A stretch of DNA of 64,000 bases from Octopus bimaculoides (Eukaryota), in NCBI RefSeq assembly GCF_001194135.2, contig NC_068994.1, positions 23,109,625 to 23,173,624 on the forward strand, written 5' to 3'. The notes beneath the pieces are model-generated. The model saw nothing but the letters and a program-made list of their open reading frames with translations. It was not told the DNA's origin and made no database searches. Shown piece after piece: positions 53,801 to 64,000 of the stretch (its first letter is position 1; each line of letters starts with the position of its first letter). The position numbers and the translations under genes were made by a program.

Positions 53801-54144
53801 CAGATTAATTAAGTTGTAATTGACAGGTGCCATCATCAACATCAAGTAGATTGTCATACCAAAGAAAAAATTTGGTTAGCATCAGTTTGATTAAATATAG
53901 AAATAGCTATAAAGAATAACAAAGTACATAAAGAATTAGTCATTGTTGCTGTTAGCATGTTGGTAAGAATAAGCCTCTGGCTTCTCAGAAACGTCCAGGT
54001 GTTAGCAAACATCCAAGTGGATAAGAACTGAGAAGAGATTGCAAAATAAGTACCAACTGAGTACTGGGGTCATGTAATCAACTTAATCCCTTTTCCAGAA
54101 TTGCTACCCTTGTGCCAAAATTTGAAACCATTATTATTATTTAA

Positions 54145-54351
54145 GGCAGTGAGCTGGTAGAATCGTTAGCATGCTGGGCAAAATGGTTTGCAGCGTTTTG
54201 TCTGTCTTTACATTCTGAGTTCAAATTTTGCCAAGGTTGACTTTACCTTTCATCCTTTCTGGGTTAATGATATAAGTACCAGTTGATTACTGGGTTCAAT
54301 GTAATTGACTTCCCCCCCCCCCCCAAACTGCTAGTCTTGTGCCAAAATTTG

Positions 54352-54388
<37 letters not shown>

Positions 54389-54625
54389 TATTATTATCAT
54401 TATTATTATTATTAAGATGATGGATTGGCAGAATTATTAGAGGTTAGATAAAATACATTCAAGTATTTTGGCTCTATCTCTACAATCTGAGTTCCAATTC
54501 CACGTAGGTCAACTTCTTTCATATTTTCAATGTTGATAAAATAAGGCACCAGTCAGGTACTGGGTTGATGTAAATGACCAATACATACCTTCCAAAATGT
54601 CAGGCCTTGTGCCTATATTATAAAC
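54145..54625 (+). mobile_element. Two tandem copies of tRNA-like SINE family B
   Basis: ctggtagaatcgttagc...gagttcaaatt...ctttcatcc...aagtaccag...ttgtgccaaaatttg, separated by (CAT)n/(TAT)n. Other copies: 6955-7140, 12555-12750, 13490-13620, 14375-14580, 19665-19880, 32010-32150, 43365-43565. Confidence 0.85.
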
Positions 54626-54628
54626 AAT

Positions 54629-55030
54629 AGGTGCAGGCATGGCTGTGTGGTATGAAGTTTACTTCCCAACCATCTGGTTTCAGGTTCAGTCCCACTGCGT
54701 GACACCTTAGGCAAGTGTTTTCTACTATAGACTTGAGCTGGCCAAAGCCTTGTAAGTGGATTTGGTGGATGGAAACTGAAAAATGCCCGTTGTCTATATA
54801 TACATATATATATATATATATCTATCTATATATATATATTATATATGTGTGCATGTTTGTGTCTTTTTGTATGTGTTTGTTCCACTGCTTGGCAACTGGT
54901 ATTGGTGTGTTTATATCCCTGTAACATAATGGTTTGGCAAACAGAGACTGAGAGAATAAGTACTAAGCTTTAAAAAAAATAATAAGCATGGCCACAGTCT
55001 AATGATTGGAAGAAGAAAAAGATAAAAGAT
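54629..55030 (+). mobile_element. SINE family A copy
   Basis: Aligns along its length with 57275-57680. Confidence 0.85.
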
Positions 55031-55178
55031 AATGGCTGTTGTTGATGGGTCTTGCTTCAGCATGATATATTATGTATCACTTATGTAAATTAAAATCATT
55101 CTTTCTGCCCCCACCCCATCATAGAAAGAGAGATAAAGAGAGAAAGAGGGAGATAGGTAGATAGAGATAGATAGACAG

Positions 55179-55267
<89 letters not shown>

Positions 55268-55289
55268 AACAGATAGACAGACAGAGACA

Positions 55290-55490
55290 GAGAGATATGA
55301 GTGGACAGCAAAGACAAACAGCAGGTTTCAGAGGCTGCTGTTCTTTGGAACTTGGGTTCTGTTGTTTCTGTGCCTCTGAGTGTATCTGACAGCCATGGTG
55401 ACAAAATTCCATTTCCTGATAAACATGGCTATGATTCATATCCAGACACTGGTGCTGTATTGTGTCACTGACAAAGACCCTCAATGACCC
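55290..55490 (-). mobile_element. RTE 3' end fragment
   Basis: Degenerate W...AQKQQ...KEQQPLKPAVC tail similar to 60505-61140. Confidence 0.45.
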
Positions 55491-56052
55491 AGTCTGCAAA
55501 TTGTAAATGGTAGTTTATAAAACATTAAAATATGTCATTATTGTTTGTTTAGCTCCAGATCAGCCCTGCTCAAATGTATTCTGGCTAGAATCATCAGTCT
55601 CATTTCAATAAGGTGCAGTATATCTCAGATCAAATTATCTAATGTGCCTTTTTCTTAGGTTGTGGTTTCGATAAGGTTTGGTTGCTATTTCTTGCTTGTC
55701 AAATTATCACAGCTAGCAATTTAGCTTTATAGAATTGATTATTGTAAGCAGCGGAGGTGAAGCATTGTTAAATATTTCATTGATGCAAATTTGAAACCTT
55801 CATATGGCATTAACTTCCTTTGAATGATTAAGGCAAAGTTTTTTCAGTAACTGAATGGAAAGTTGGATATTACATCAATAGCACAGAAGGAAATACTTTG
55901 ATTACTGGGAAATGGTTGTGATATGTTAATTTGAAAGTCGTATAACATATTGCTGAAATAATTACATAAATTTGTTTTTGTTTACAAGATTATTGTGTGA
56001 AGTAACTCAGCTCTTATTAAAGATATAATGGATAGTTTGAATATAATGAATG

Positions 56053-56092
<40 letters not shown>

Positions 56093-56716
56093 TGTGTGTG
56101 AATGTGCATGTATGTGTATATCTAGTATATAATTGCAAGTGTATGTGGTTACGGAAGTGTATGTGTTTATCCCCCAAAGGTTCTGAAATAGTGCATTCTC
56201 AAAAAAAAAAAATGAATTTGATTTTCACATTCTGCATCTCACAGACGATATTGATCATAAATAATAATAATAAGAAAAAATATAATTTTCTACAAGAAAT
56301 TACTCAACTTGTAGGTTGACAACTTCCCCCCTCTCTATCTATCATGATCAAACTATCTTTCTCCCTATACTCACTCTCTTTGTATATGTATTACTCTCAT
56401 GCATTGCTTTCATTTTGTTTAACACTTCGTCTTCTAATGTTTACTTTCATTTTATCACAGCTATCATGTACAAAAATAATGTTTTCTGATTGAGAAAAAA
56501 TGAACAAACTCTAAACCTCTGTAACATTTATCTAAAATTTTTCTAGCATAAATGAATTACAAGCTTGGATTCATTGTGAAAAAGTATATCAATATACCAA
56601 ATTTGAAAATTTTCACTTAATTTTAAAATTTAGACATCTGTGACAGCAACAGAAAAGATCACTTCCTCTCTTTCATTTGTCTATCTCTTTCACTTTTTCA
56701 TAGTAAAATTTTTCAT

Positions 56717-57179
56717 TCTATAAAAGTATATTGTTCACACTGAGTATGAGTGTGTTCGTCAGTGTGTGTGCATGCATGTGTGTAAGGAATTTCATTAGGG
56801 TGATATTTTTAAGTGTGTAGTGCAAAAAAAAAAAAAAGAATTGCCAAAAGCGGTATTGAGTGGGGGAGAGGTTTGAAAAAAAATCATAAATTTTCAATTT
56901 TTTTTTTTTTTACCAAAAGGTCGTCTCCCATTATTTTTAAGTGTGTAGTGCAAAAAATTGGATAAAATCAGTCTGGAAGTGGGGAAGAGGAATGATAAAT
57001 TTCCAAAAATCTTTTTCCATAAACAGCTTTCTCCCATCATTTGCAAGGGTGTGTGATGATAAAAAAAGTATTTTAAAATCCCTATCAAAATGGAAAAAAA
57101 CCTAACTTATATGGGCATGCTATTCCAAAAATCCACCATTTTGTGGAAATTGCCTTGCAACGATGGGATATTCAGCTAG
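56717..57179 (+). mobile_element. Non-autonomous Helitron, 3' end
   Basis: Ends gccttgcaacgatgggatattcagCTAG|T (eroded subterminal hairpin plus CTAG); internal tttttaagtgtgtagtgcaaaaaa duplication. The 5' boundary is uncertain. Confidence 0.55.
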
Positions 57180-57185
57180 TATATA

Positions 57186-57252
57186 ATGATGTGATATGAT
57201 ATGATATGATATGATATGATATGATATGATATGATATGATATGATATGATAT
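57186..57252. repeat. (GATAT)n pentanucleotide microsatellite
   Basis: Directly visible. Confidence 0.95.
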
Positions 57253-57274
57253 ATATATATACAGATATATATAC

Positions 57275-57680
57275 AGGCGCAGGAGTGGCTGTGTAGTAAG
57301 TAGCTTGCTTACCAACCACATGGTTCCGGGTTCAGTCCCACTGCGTGGCACCTTGGGCAAGTGTCTTCTACTATAGCCTCGGTCCGACCAAAGCCTTGTG
57401 AGTGGATTTGGTAGACGGAAACTGAAAGAAGCCCGTCGTATATATGTATATATATGTATGTATATGTGTGTGTGTTTGTGTGTCTGTGTTTGTCCCCCTA
57501 GCATCGCTTGACAACCGATGCTGGTGTGTTTATGTCCCCGTCACTTAGCGGTTCGGCAAAACAGACCGATAGAATAAGTACTAGGCTTACAAAGAATAAG
57601 TCCCGGGGTCGATTTGCTCGACTAAAGGCGGTGCTCCAGCATGGCCGCAGTCAAATGACTGAAACAAATAAAAGAGTAAA
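57275..57680 (+). mobile_element. tRNA-derived SINE family A, full-length young copy
   Basis: Box A-like TGGCTGTGTAGTAAG, box B-like GGTTCAGTCCC, central microsatellite, A-rich tail. Many copies in the window: 225-605, 5095-5190, 7975-8180, 16660-16785, 18215-18290, 25115-25255, 33655-33770, 39720-39830. Confidence 0.9.
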
Positions 57681-58819
57681 AAAAAAGATTATATTAAAGA
57701 GAAAATGTGAAGAGGTGATGTTCATCCCTTTCTCAGGTATACTAACTGGAACTGTAAATTGAGCCTGTGTTGCATTTTGCAAATTGAGCCTGTGTATCAT
57801 TTTGCTACTTGCCACCATAATAACAAGTATATTATCAAAATTCCATATGTTTTTTGATAAGCATAAAGTTTTAAAGGTGTCAGTAATGTAACATAATGTA
57901 ACGTAATGTGACATACATATATATACACACACACATATGTACATACATGCATACATATATGTGTGTATGAATGTACATGTATATATCATTTACAGAGGAT
58001 TTAAATTCAAGCTATTATTAGTTTCATGCTAAGAAAACACAATGGTCAGACAAGCTTGTATTGTGTGCTGTATGTTTCCAAGCAACCTTTCAGACTCAAA
58101 TATACAGCATGACTGTTCTTTGAGAAGAAAATGAGTAAAGTAAAAGAGAAAGGAAAAAGAGAAAAGTGGAATGAGACAGAAAATTATGAGTTGCATCCCT
58201 TTGACTTATTCTAATCAGAACTAATATGGTTGGGGTAAATTTATTAAGTGGGAAGAAGATCAAAGTTTGTGAGACTGCATGCTTAATCCAGAGAGGATGG
58301 TGTTTTCCAGTTCAATAAAAGAAACTAGTCCAATTACTTACATTTAATAAAAATTTCAGATCTAGAATTTAGTTGATCAATAGAGTTCTTATATCTAAAA
58401 AGAATATGAGATTTTTCAGCTAAACAAAGCCTACATTTCTTTGATCCATCAATGTATGGTGAGGATCATTCCACAATGATTGGAATGTAGTGTGCAGTTA
58501 GCCTTCTGGTTCCAGATATGGATAGCTAACTTTGTGGCTTTCTTCTTATCCACATATTGAAAAGAAGACTGGTGTTTAGTGTATCTTTTTTAAAATGACT
58601 TTTGCATATACCAATGTACTTTTTCTTTCAAGTTTTATTATTTTAGAGCACTGAGGTGACATGAATTTCATGCATACCTGGTCAAGTGGGCAAGTTTCTG
58701 AGTTTCAACATTTACAACTTGGAGTGGATAAATATCATCATCATTTAATGTCTAGTTGTGGGTTGGATGGTTTAACTAGATCTGATGAGCCAGAGAAGTG
58801 TGTTGAGCTCCAATGTGCA

Positions 58820-58854
<35 letters not shown>

Positions 58855-58948
58855 ACATGTGTTTGTGTGTATTGGAATATAAAAATCAAAAATAATATCT
58901 CTAAAAATCAAATTTCTTTGATCATGCAAAAATATTTTATATACTTAC

Positions 58949-59158
58949 CTAAAAGACCTTTCAAACGATATAGATTTTTTTCTGAAAGTTCCTGAAATCG
59001 ATCCCAACTGGCATAGTTTTCCGGTATTGGGTTGTCTCTCACCCAATTCCCACATGTATATTGATAAAAATCGTGGCATGGATCTACAGTAGTATCCATT
59101 GCAGTTAATATTGATCCTGCAGCTGAAATGCATTCTGGGCTCGAACAGTAAGGGTCAT
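58949..59158 (-). CDS. M13 peptidase (neprilysin/ECE-like) exon A, 210 nt, phase 1-1
   Basis: Encodes DPYCSSPECISAAGSILTAMDTTVDPCHDFYQYTCGNWVRDNPIPENYASWDRFQELSEKNLYRLKGLL, with the hallmark C-x4-C...DPCxDFYxYxCGxW of Peptidase_M13_N. Acceptor ttccag|AT, donor TTAG|gtaagt. Confidence 0.95.
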
Positions 59159-59624
59159 CTGGAATATATATGTATATGTGTAAATATTTGTACATTTCAG
59201 AGTTATAAAGAGAAGTAAACAGTCATATAAAGATGAATACATAAGTAATTACTTGGTACAACTATCTTTAGTGATGTTTCATAAAACCAATGTTCTAAAC
59301 CAATAGAATGTCATTTGCCAGATAAAATTTGGTTTTCAGAAAAAAAGTGGGAAAAAATTAATGCAAAAGAAAATAAGAGAGTATTTTTGGAGTCAAAATA
59401 TAAATTATGTTAAAGAGCTCAACTGTAAGGAATCCACCACATATCATGAAGATGTATGGTGGATTTCTTGACTGTATGGGCAGTGTTTCTTGATTGTCTT
59501 TCATAAAATAATGCATAAAAAAGATGTCAGAAGTAGTGGAACACAAACATAGAGTAACATGAACATCAAGAAACAAAAAAGAAAAGGGGTGAAAAGCTGT
59601 ACAGACAGACATATCTTGGAGCAT

Positions 59625-59912
59625 CATCATCATCATCGTCATCGTTTAACGTCCGCTTTCCATGCTAGCATGGGTTGGACGATTTGACTGAGGACTTGCA
59701 AACCAGATGGCTGCACCAGGCTCCAATCTGATCTGGCAGAGTTTCTACAGCTAGATGCCCTTCCTAACTCCAACCACTTCGAGAGTGTAGTGGGTGCTTT
59801 TACGTGCCACCGGCATGAGGGCCAGTCAGGCGGTACTGGCAATAGCCATGCTCAAATGGTATTTTTTACGTGCCACCTGCACAGGAGCCAGTCCAGTGGC
59901 ACTGGCAACACT
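59625..59912 (-). mobile_element. SINE-like family C with (GAT)n tail, young copy
   Basis: Closely similar to 41325-41578; the reverse strand ends GCATGGAAAGCGGACGTTAAACGATGACGATG. Others: 16370-16465, 33840-34190, 43640-43760, 48295-48520, 58735-58830. Confidence 0.88.
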
Positions 59913-60504
59913 GATGGTAAAAAATAAGGATGCATATGTTTGAAAACTTAGTTTATGTTAAAGAATATATTTGTGAGCATAGAAACTTGTTATTTTGTCA
60001 AATCATATTCATTTGATTATTATTGTTACTATTGCTATTCTGTTTTTATATGGAAGTTTTGTTGTTCATAGTGCCTGCCACCTGGATAGCAAATCTCTTG
60101 TATATACATGTGTGTTCATTGTCTTAGCAAAATTGAATATTTCAGAATTACTAAGTGACAGGCCCTTATATGATTTCTCTTCCATGAAAACACTATTCTG
60201 AAATTGGAAAAAGGTATGTGTGTCAATATAAAGGTGGAATTTTTGAGCAAATTAGATATGCATTGAATTCAATGTTCTGGATTTAGTGACAACTCACTGA
60301 CAGTTGGAGAAAACAAACTACCACAACCCAAATTCCTATCAGTCACACTTATCTACATAAGATGGATGATTCTTACAGATTATCATAATGTGTTCATGAA
60401 TATCAGATGTTTCAAGAGAATCTGCCACATCACAGTGGGCTCTATTGAATCATTTTCCTTAAGATGCACACTATTATAATAATAATGGAAGTCTGTTGGG
60501 GTTC

Positions 60505-61140
60505 GACAATGATGTCAGTGATGCTGGAGGTGGAAGCAGAGCCCAAAGGCGGATGTGCAGATGCGGCCACATGTTGGGCATGTAACAGCAGAAAGGTTGG
60601 GGATCCTCTCTTTTCGGGCTTGTCGCTTCTGGTCCAGGCTCTTGAGGTGCTTTTCCTCAAACACCCTTTTGGATAGCTGGATGCCAGGCGCCGTGGTCAG
60701 AGGTAAGCGACTCCCAGCCACGGGCTGAAATGCTGCAGGCCTCAAGGGAAGTTTTCAGGCTGTCCTTGTATCGCCTCAGTGGCCTTCCAGGGTCTCTTGC
60801 TCCAGAAGCCAGCTCAGAGAAGTTAATCTTTGGTAGATGCACATTGTTCATTTGGTGGACTACATGTCCGACCCACCGGAGCTGGGCCTTTATGATGAGG
60901 ACTTCGGATCCTGGGCATTTCAGCTCTGCGAAGCACCTCAGTGTTAGAGACTTTGTCCTACCAGGAAAGTGCCATGATTTGTTGCAAGCAGCGGAGGTGG
61001 AAGTACTTGCATTTGCTTCCTATACAGCATCCACATCCCACAACCGTACAGCAGAGAGGTGATGACGACTGCCCTATAGACCGCCAGCTTGGTGGAAAGT
61101 CTAGTGCCTCATTTGGCCCACTATTAGTATGGAATCATCC
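60505..61140 (-). mobile_element. RTE (BovB-like) LINE 3' end
   Basis: LPKINFSELASGARDPGRPLRRYKDSLK, WESLTSDHGAW, terminal CPTC-x12-HLQHH finger. Confidence 0.92.
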
Positions 61141-62639
61141 CTCATAGAAAAAAATGCTTCAACACTATGAAATGAAGTAGATAACTAACTAGTTCAAGTT
61201 GTATGTATGGAGTCACATACTTAAAAAGATGGCAAAATCCATTAGTATGTAGACCCAAAGGATATAAACAAATCTAAAGTGATTGTACCATATATTTTTA
61301 CTCTGCAGAATATCCTGAACAAGAACAGTTTTCCTCAGATTATACGAACATAACTGGCTTCTTTTTTGAACTCAACACTGATGTATTCTAGATAAATTAA
61401 CAGAGTTCTGAAACCTCTCATGAAGTGTAAAAGTTCTGAATCATCATCACAAGATATAAAGACAGAACTCAATTAATCTACAGAGGTCATACTTTATACA
61501 AAATATAGTGGATAGGAAAAAAGGAAGACTTGTTTTGGTCTTTTAATAAGAGATTGTAATATTAAGCATGGCCCAGCTAAAGTGAACAAGCTATACAGCA
61601 TAGAAAAGTCTTAATTTCCTTTAAGAAGGATTAACTGTTTGAATAAATTAAGCCTTTGATTTAGTTCGCTTACATATCTGAGATATAATCAAGAATACTG
61701 AATTTTGTGGAGTTTTGAGCATAGTGAAGTATTTAAGAGAATTGAAGTAGAGGTATCTGCTGCCTTAAACCAATATTTCTATAGCTGTAGAAAACTTTGC
61801 AAGAAAACATTCTCTTTCTTTCGACTTAATCCCTTTGTCTGTCCTTGTTTGTCCCCTCTATGTTTAGCCCCTTGTGGGCAATAAAGAAATAAGAAAACAT
61901 TCTCTTTCACAGCATTGACACCTTTATTCAAGACAGCAGCATGTTGCTGTTCAAAACGAAGCTGGCAGAAAATGAGATCCTAAAATTTAAGTAAGGTGCT
62001 CTACCTGTATATCTAGAGGTATGGAAGATGAGTTGAAATCAATCCTAAACTTTGAGTATTTGTATCCAAGTATAACCTCAACAATATGCTTCCATGGCTA
62101 GTGTAAATGTTACTCTGGGTGTAATCACAAAATGATCTCCTTACTAGTGAAGGATATGCCAGTTGCAGACTTGTTATTATATGTCAAAACAATACCATAG
62201 TGAGATTGAATATTTCAGCACATGAGATGTTTGAATGAATAGTATGAAGTTGACTGTGAAATAATCCTAAATGATACTAGTTGAGAGATCCATCATTATA
62301 GAATAGCCTCTGATGCATCAAAATGTTCTACTCAGATTTTTCAACCCAAAATCATTGTGGTCAGATATAACTTAACACGTAAGGAAAAATCATTTTTAAT
62401 GATTAAATTGTGATTGAAGACATAAGCTCTTGTGCTTTGCTGTTTTGTTTCAGGTCAGCTCTGACTGACTTATGATTTATGCTCAAAGGTATTCTAACCA
62501 TGACCTTCACACCTACATCCAAACAATGCATTTCAGAAAGATGAGAATTGTAAGTGTGCATGAATAACACAGTATAAACATGCTGAAAGAGAAGCTGATC
62601 ATAAAAAAAATCAGATATAGGTTGCAAGAAAGAAGCCTA

Positions 62640-62860
62640 TGTTACTATGGACATGCAATGCCTATAAATGAGGACAGAGAAGTACCACTTACAGAATGTA
62701 GATGAAGCTAGCTTGCAGAAGTGAGAGACTCAGAAAGACATGGGACAAAGTAGTGAAGGCTAACCTCAGGATCTTAAACTTCAGTGAGGAGATGACAAGT
62801 AATAGGATGACTGGCGATGAGCAGTTCTCAAAAAGACACACCCAACTCAATGAAACTAAG
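62640..62860 (+). mobile_element. RTE LINE 3' end
   Basis: YGHAM...RKTWDKVVKANLRIL..EMTSNR. Confidence 0.7.
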
Positions 62861-62897
62861 TTCTAGAAGCACTGTGTACACACACACACACACACAC

Positions 62898-62933
<36 letters not shown>

Positions 62934-63336
62934 TAAGCCCTTCTTCCCAATTTCACCCTCCAGACACCACCCTTCATCTATCTAACTACAACTTTTCCTT
63001 GATACCAGTAATCTTTCTCACTAACCTGAATATATATANNNNNNNNNNNNNNNNNNNNNNNNNNNNNNNNNNNNNNNNNNNNNNNNNNNNNNNNNNNNNN
63101 NNNNNNNNNNNNNNNNNNNNNNNNNNNNNNNNNNNNNNNNNNNNNNNNNNNNNNNNNNNNNNNNNNNNNNNNNNNNNNNNNNNNNNNNNNNNNNNNNNNN
63201 NNNNNNNNNNNNNNNNNNNNNNNNNNNNNNNNNNNNNNNNNNNNNNNNNNNNNNNNNNNNNNNNNNNNNNNNNNNNNNNNNNNNNATATATATATATATA
63301 TACAGATATATATATATTTATGTGTGTGTGTGTGTG

Positions 63337-63595
63337 AAGATGTGTGGCCTAGTGGTTAGGCTGTTGCACTCACAATAGCTAGATTGTGGGCTTGATTCCC
63401 TGAGTGCATGGTATACTGTGTTCTTGAGCGAAACCCTTCAGTTCATGTTGCTCCAATCCCCTTTTCGATCAGTGGGGGAATGTAGGTCTGCTCGCCTGAC
63501 CAGTGGGGTGGCATCATTTGAAGGCTAAAACAATGCAAAAGCACATTGTGACCAGTGATATGTAACAACATCTAATAGCCTGCTTGGTCATATGA
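63337..63595 (+). mobile_element. tRNA-like SINE family D
   Basis: gtggcctagtggttagg...gtgttcttgagc head; reverse copies at 39385-39675 and 43790-44005. Confidence 0.78.
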
Positions 63596-63617
63596 TATAC
63601 ATATGTATACATATATA

Positions 63618-63940
63618 TCTATATATATAAAAATGAGAATGTGTGTCTGTCTGTCTGTCTGTCTGTGTGTTTCCCTAAAACTCGAGAACTACACAACCAA
63701 TTTCATTCAAATTTTACACATGTCTTACTTAGGGTTCCGGTTGTGTTTTAGTCAAAAAATTTTTTAAACTTCTTGCAGAGTTCGAGCCCACAGCAACATC
63801 ATATCTCCTCCACTATTTAAGTATTACGTGTTAAAAGTGAAACAAAAACACTCATGTCAAATACTTTCACTTTAAAAATGAAACTATTCCACTAACTGAA
63901 ACAATCACATTTCGATACTGTAATGACAGATACTTTCACT
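63618..63940 (+). mobile_element. Non-autonomous Helitron-like element, 5' part
   Basis: A|TCTATATATATAAAAATG followed by (TCTG)n and aaccaatttcattcaaatttt, typical of Helitron-N 5' ends. Confidence 0.6.
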
Positions 63941-64000
63941 TTAATGGTGTGTGTATATATATATATATATACAGAGAGAGAGAGAGAGATGTATATGTAT

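Noticed and set aside
57275-57360. tRNA gene
   Set aside because: A/B-box-like SINE head without a cloverleaf, followed by a SINE body.
59995-60201. ORF with a TM-like segment, and the antisense NEHTCIY peptide, as a possible upstream M13 exon
   Set aside because: The TM-like ORF is on the wrong strand; the minus frame has no good donor and terminates.

Overview
AT-rich, microsatellite-dense eukaryotic genomic DNA with several N gaps. The SINE/RTE/mariner repertoire looks like an octopus (coleoid cephalopod) assembly; this is an inference from recognising the repeats. The only host gene I can support is a minus-strand M13 zinc metallopeptidase (neprilysin / endothelin-converting-enzyme family). 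Five consecutive GT-AG exons join in frame: 59158-58949, 12191-11896, 7327-7232, 5406-5278 and 1626-1555. They give about 267 aa of the N-terminal ectodomain. The TM exon and the HExxH catalytic exons were not found in the window. One intron is 46.8 kb. The rest is decayed transposons (RTE, CR1 and Tx1 LINEs, mariner/maT, hAT and piggyBac-type MITEs, Helitron ends, about five SINE-like families) and simple repeats. Nearly all listed ORFs are repeat or gap artefacts. There are no rRNA, tRNA genes or CRISPR arrays. The best leads are: a degenerate HDV-like ribozyme candidate and a pseudoknot in two stacked RTE 5' ends; a ~600-bp near-identical direct repeat bracketing an exon; a divergent M13 motif exon; and LINE-borne C2H2 fingers. 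I found no clearly novel multi-gene system.
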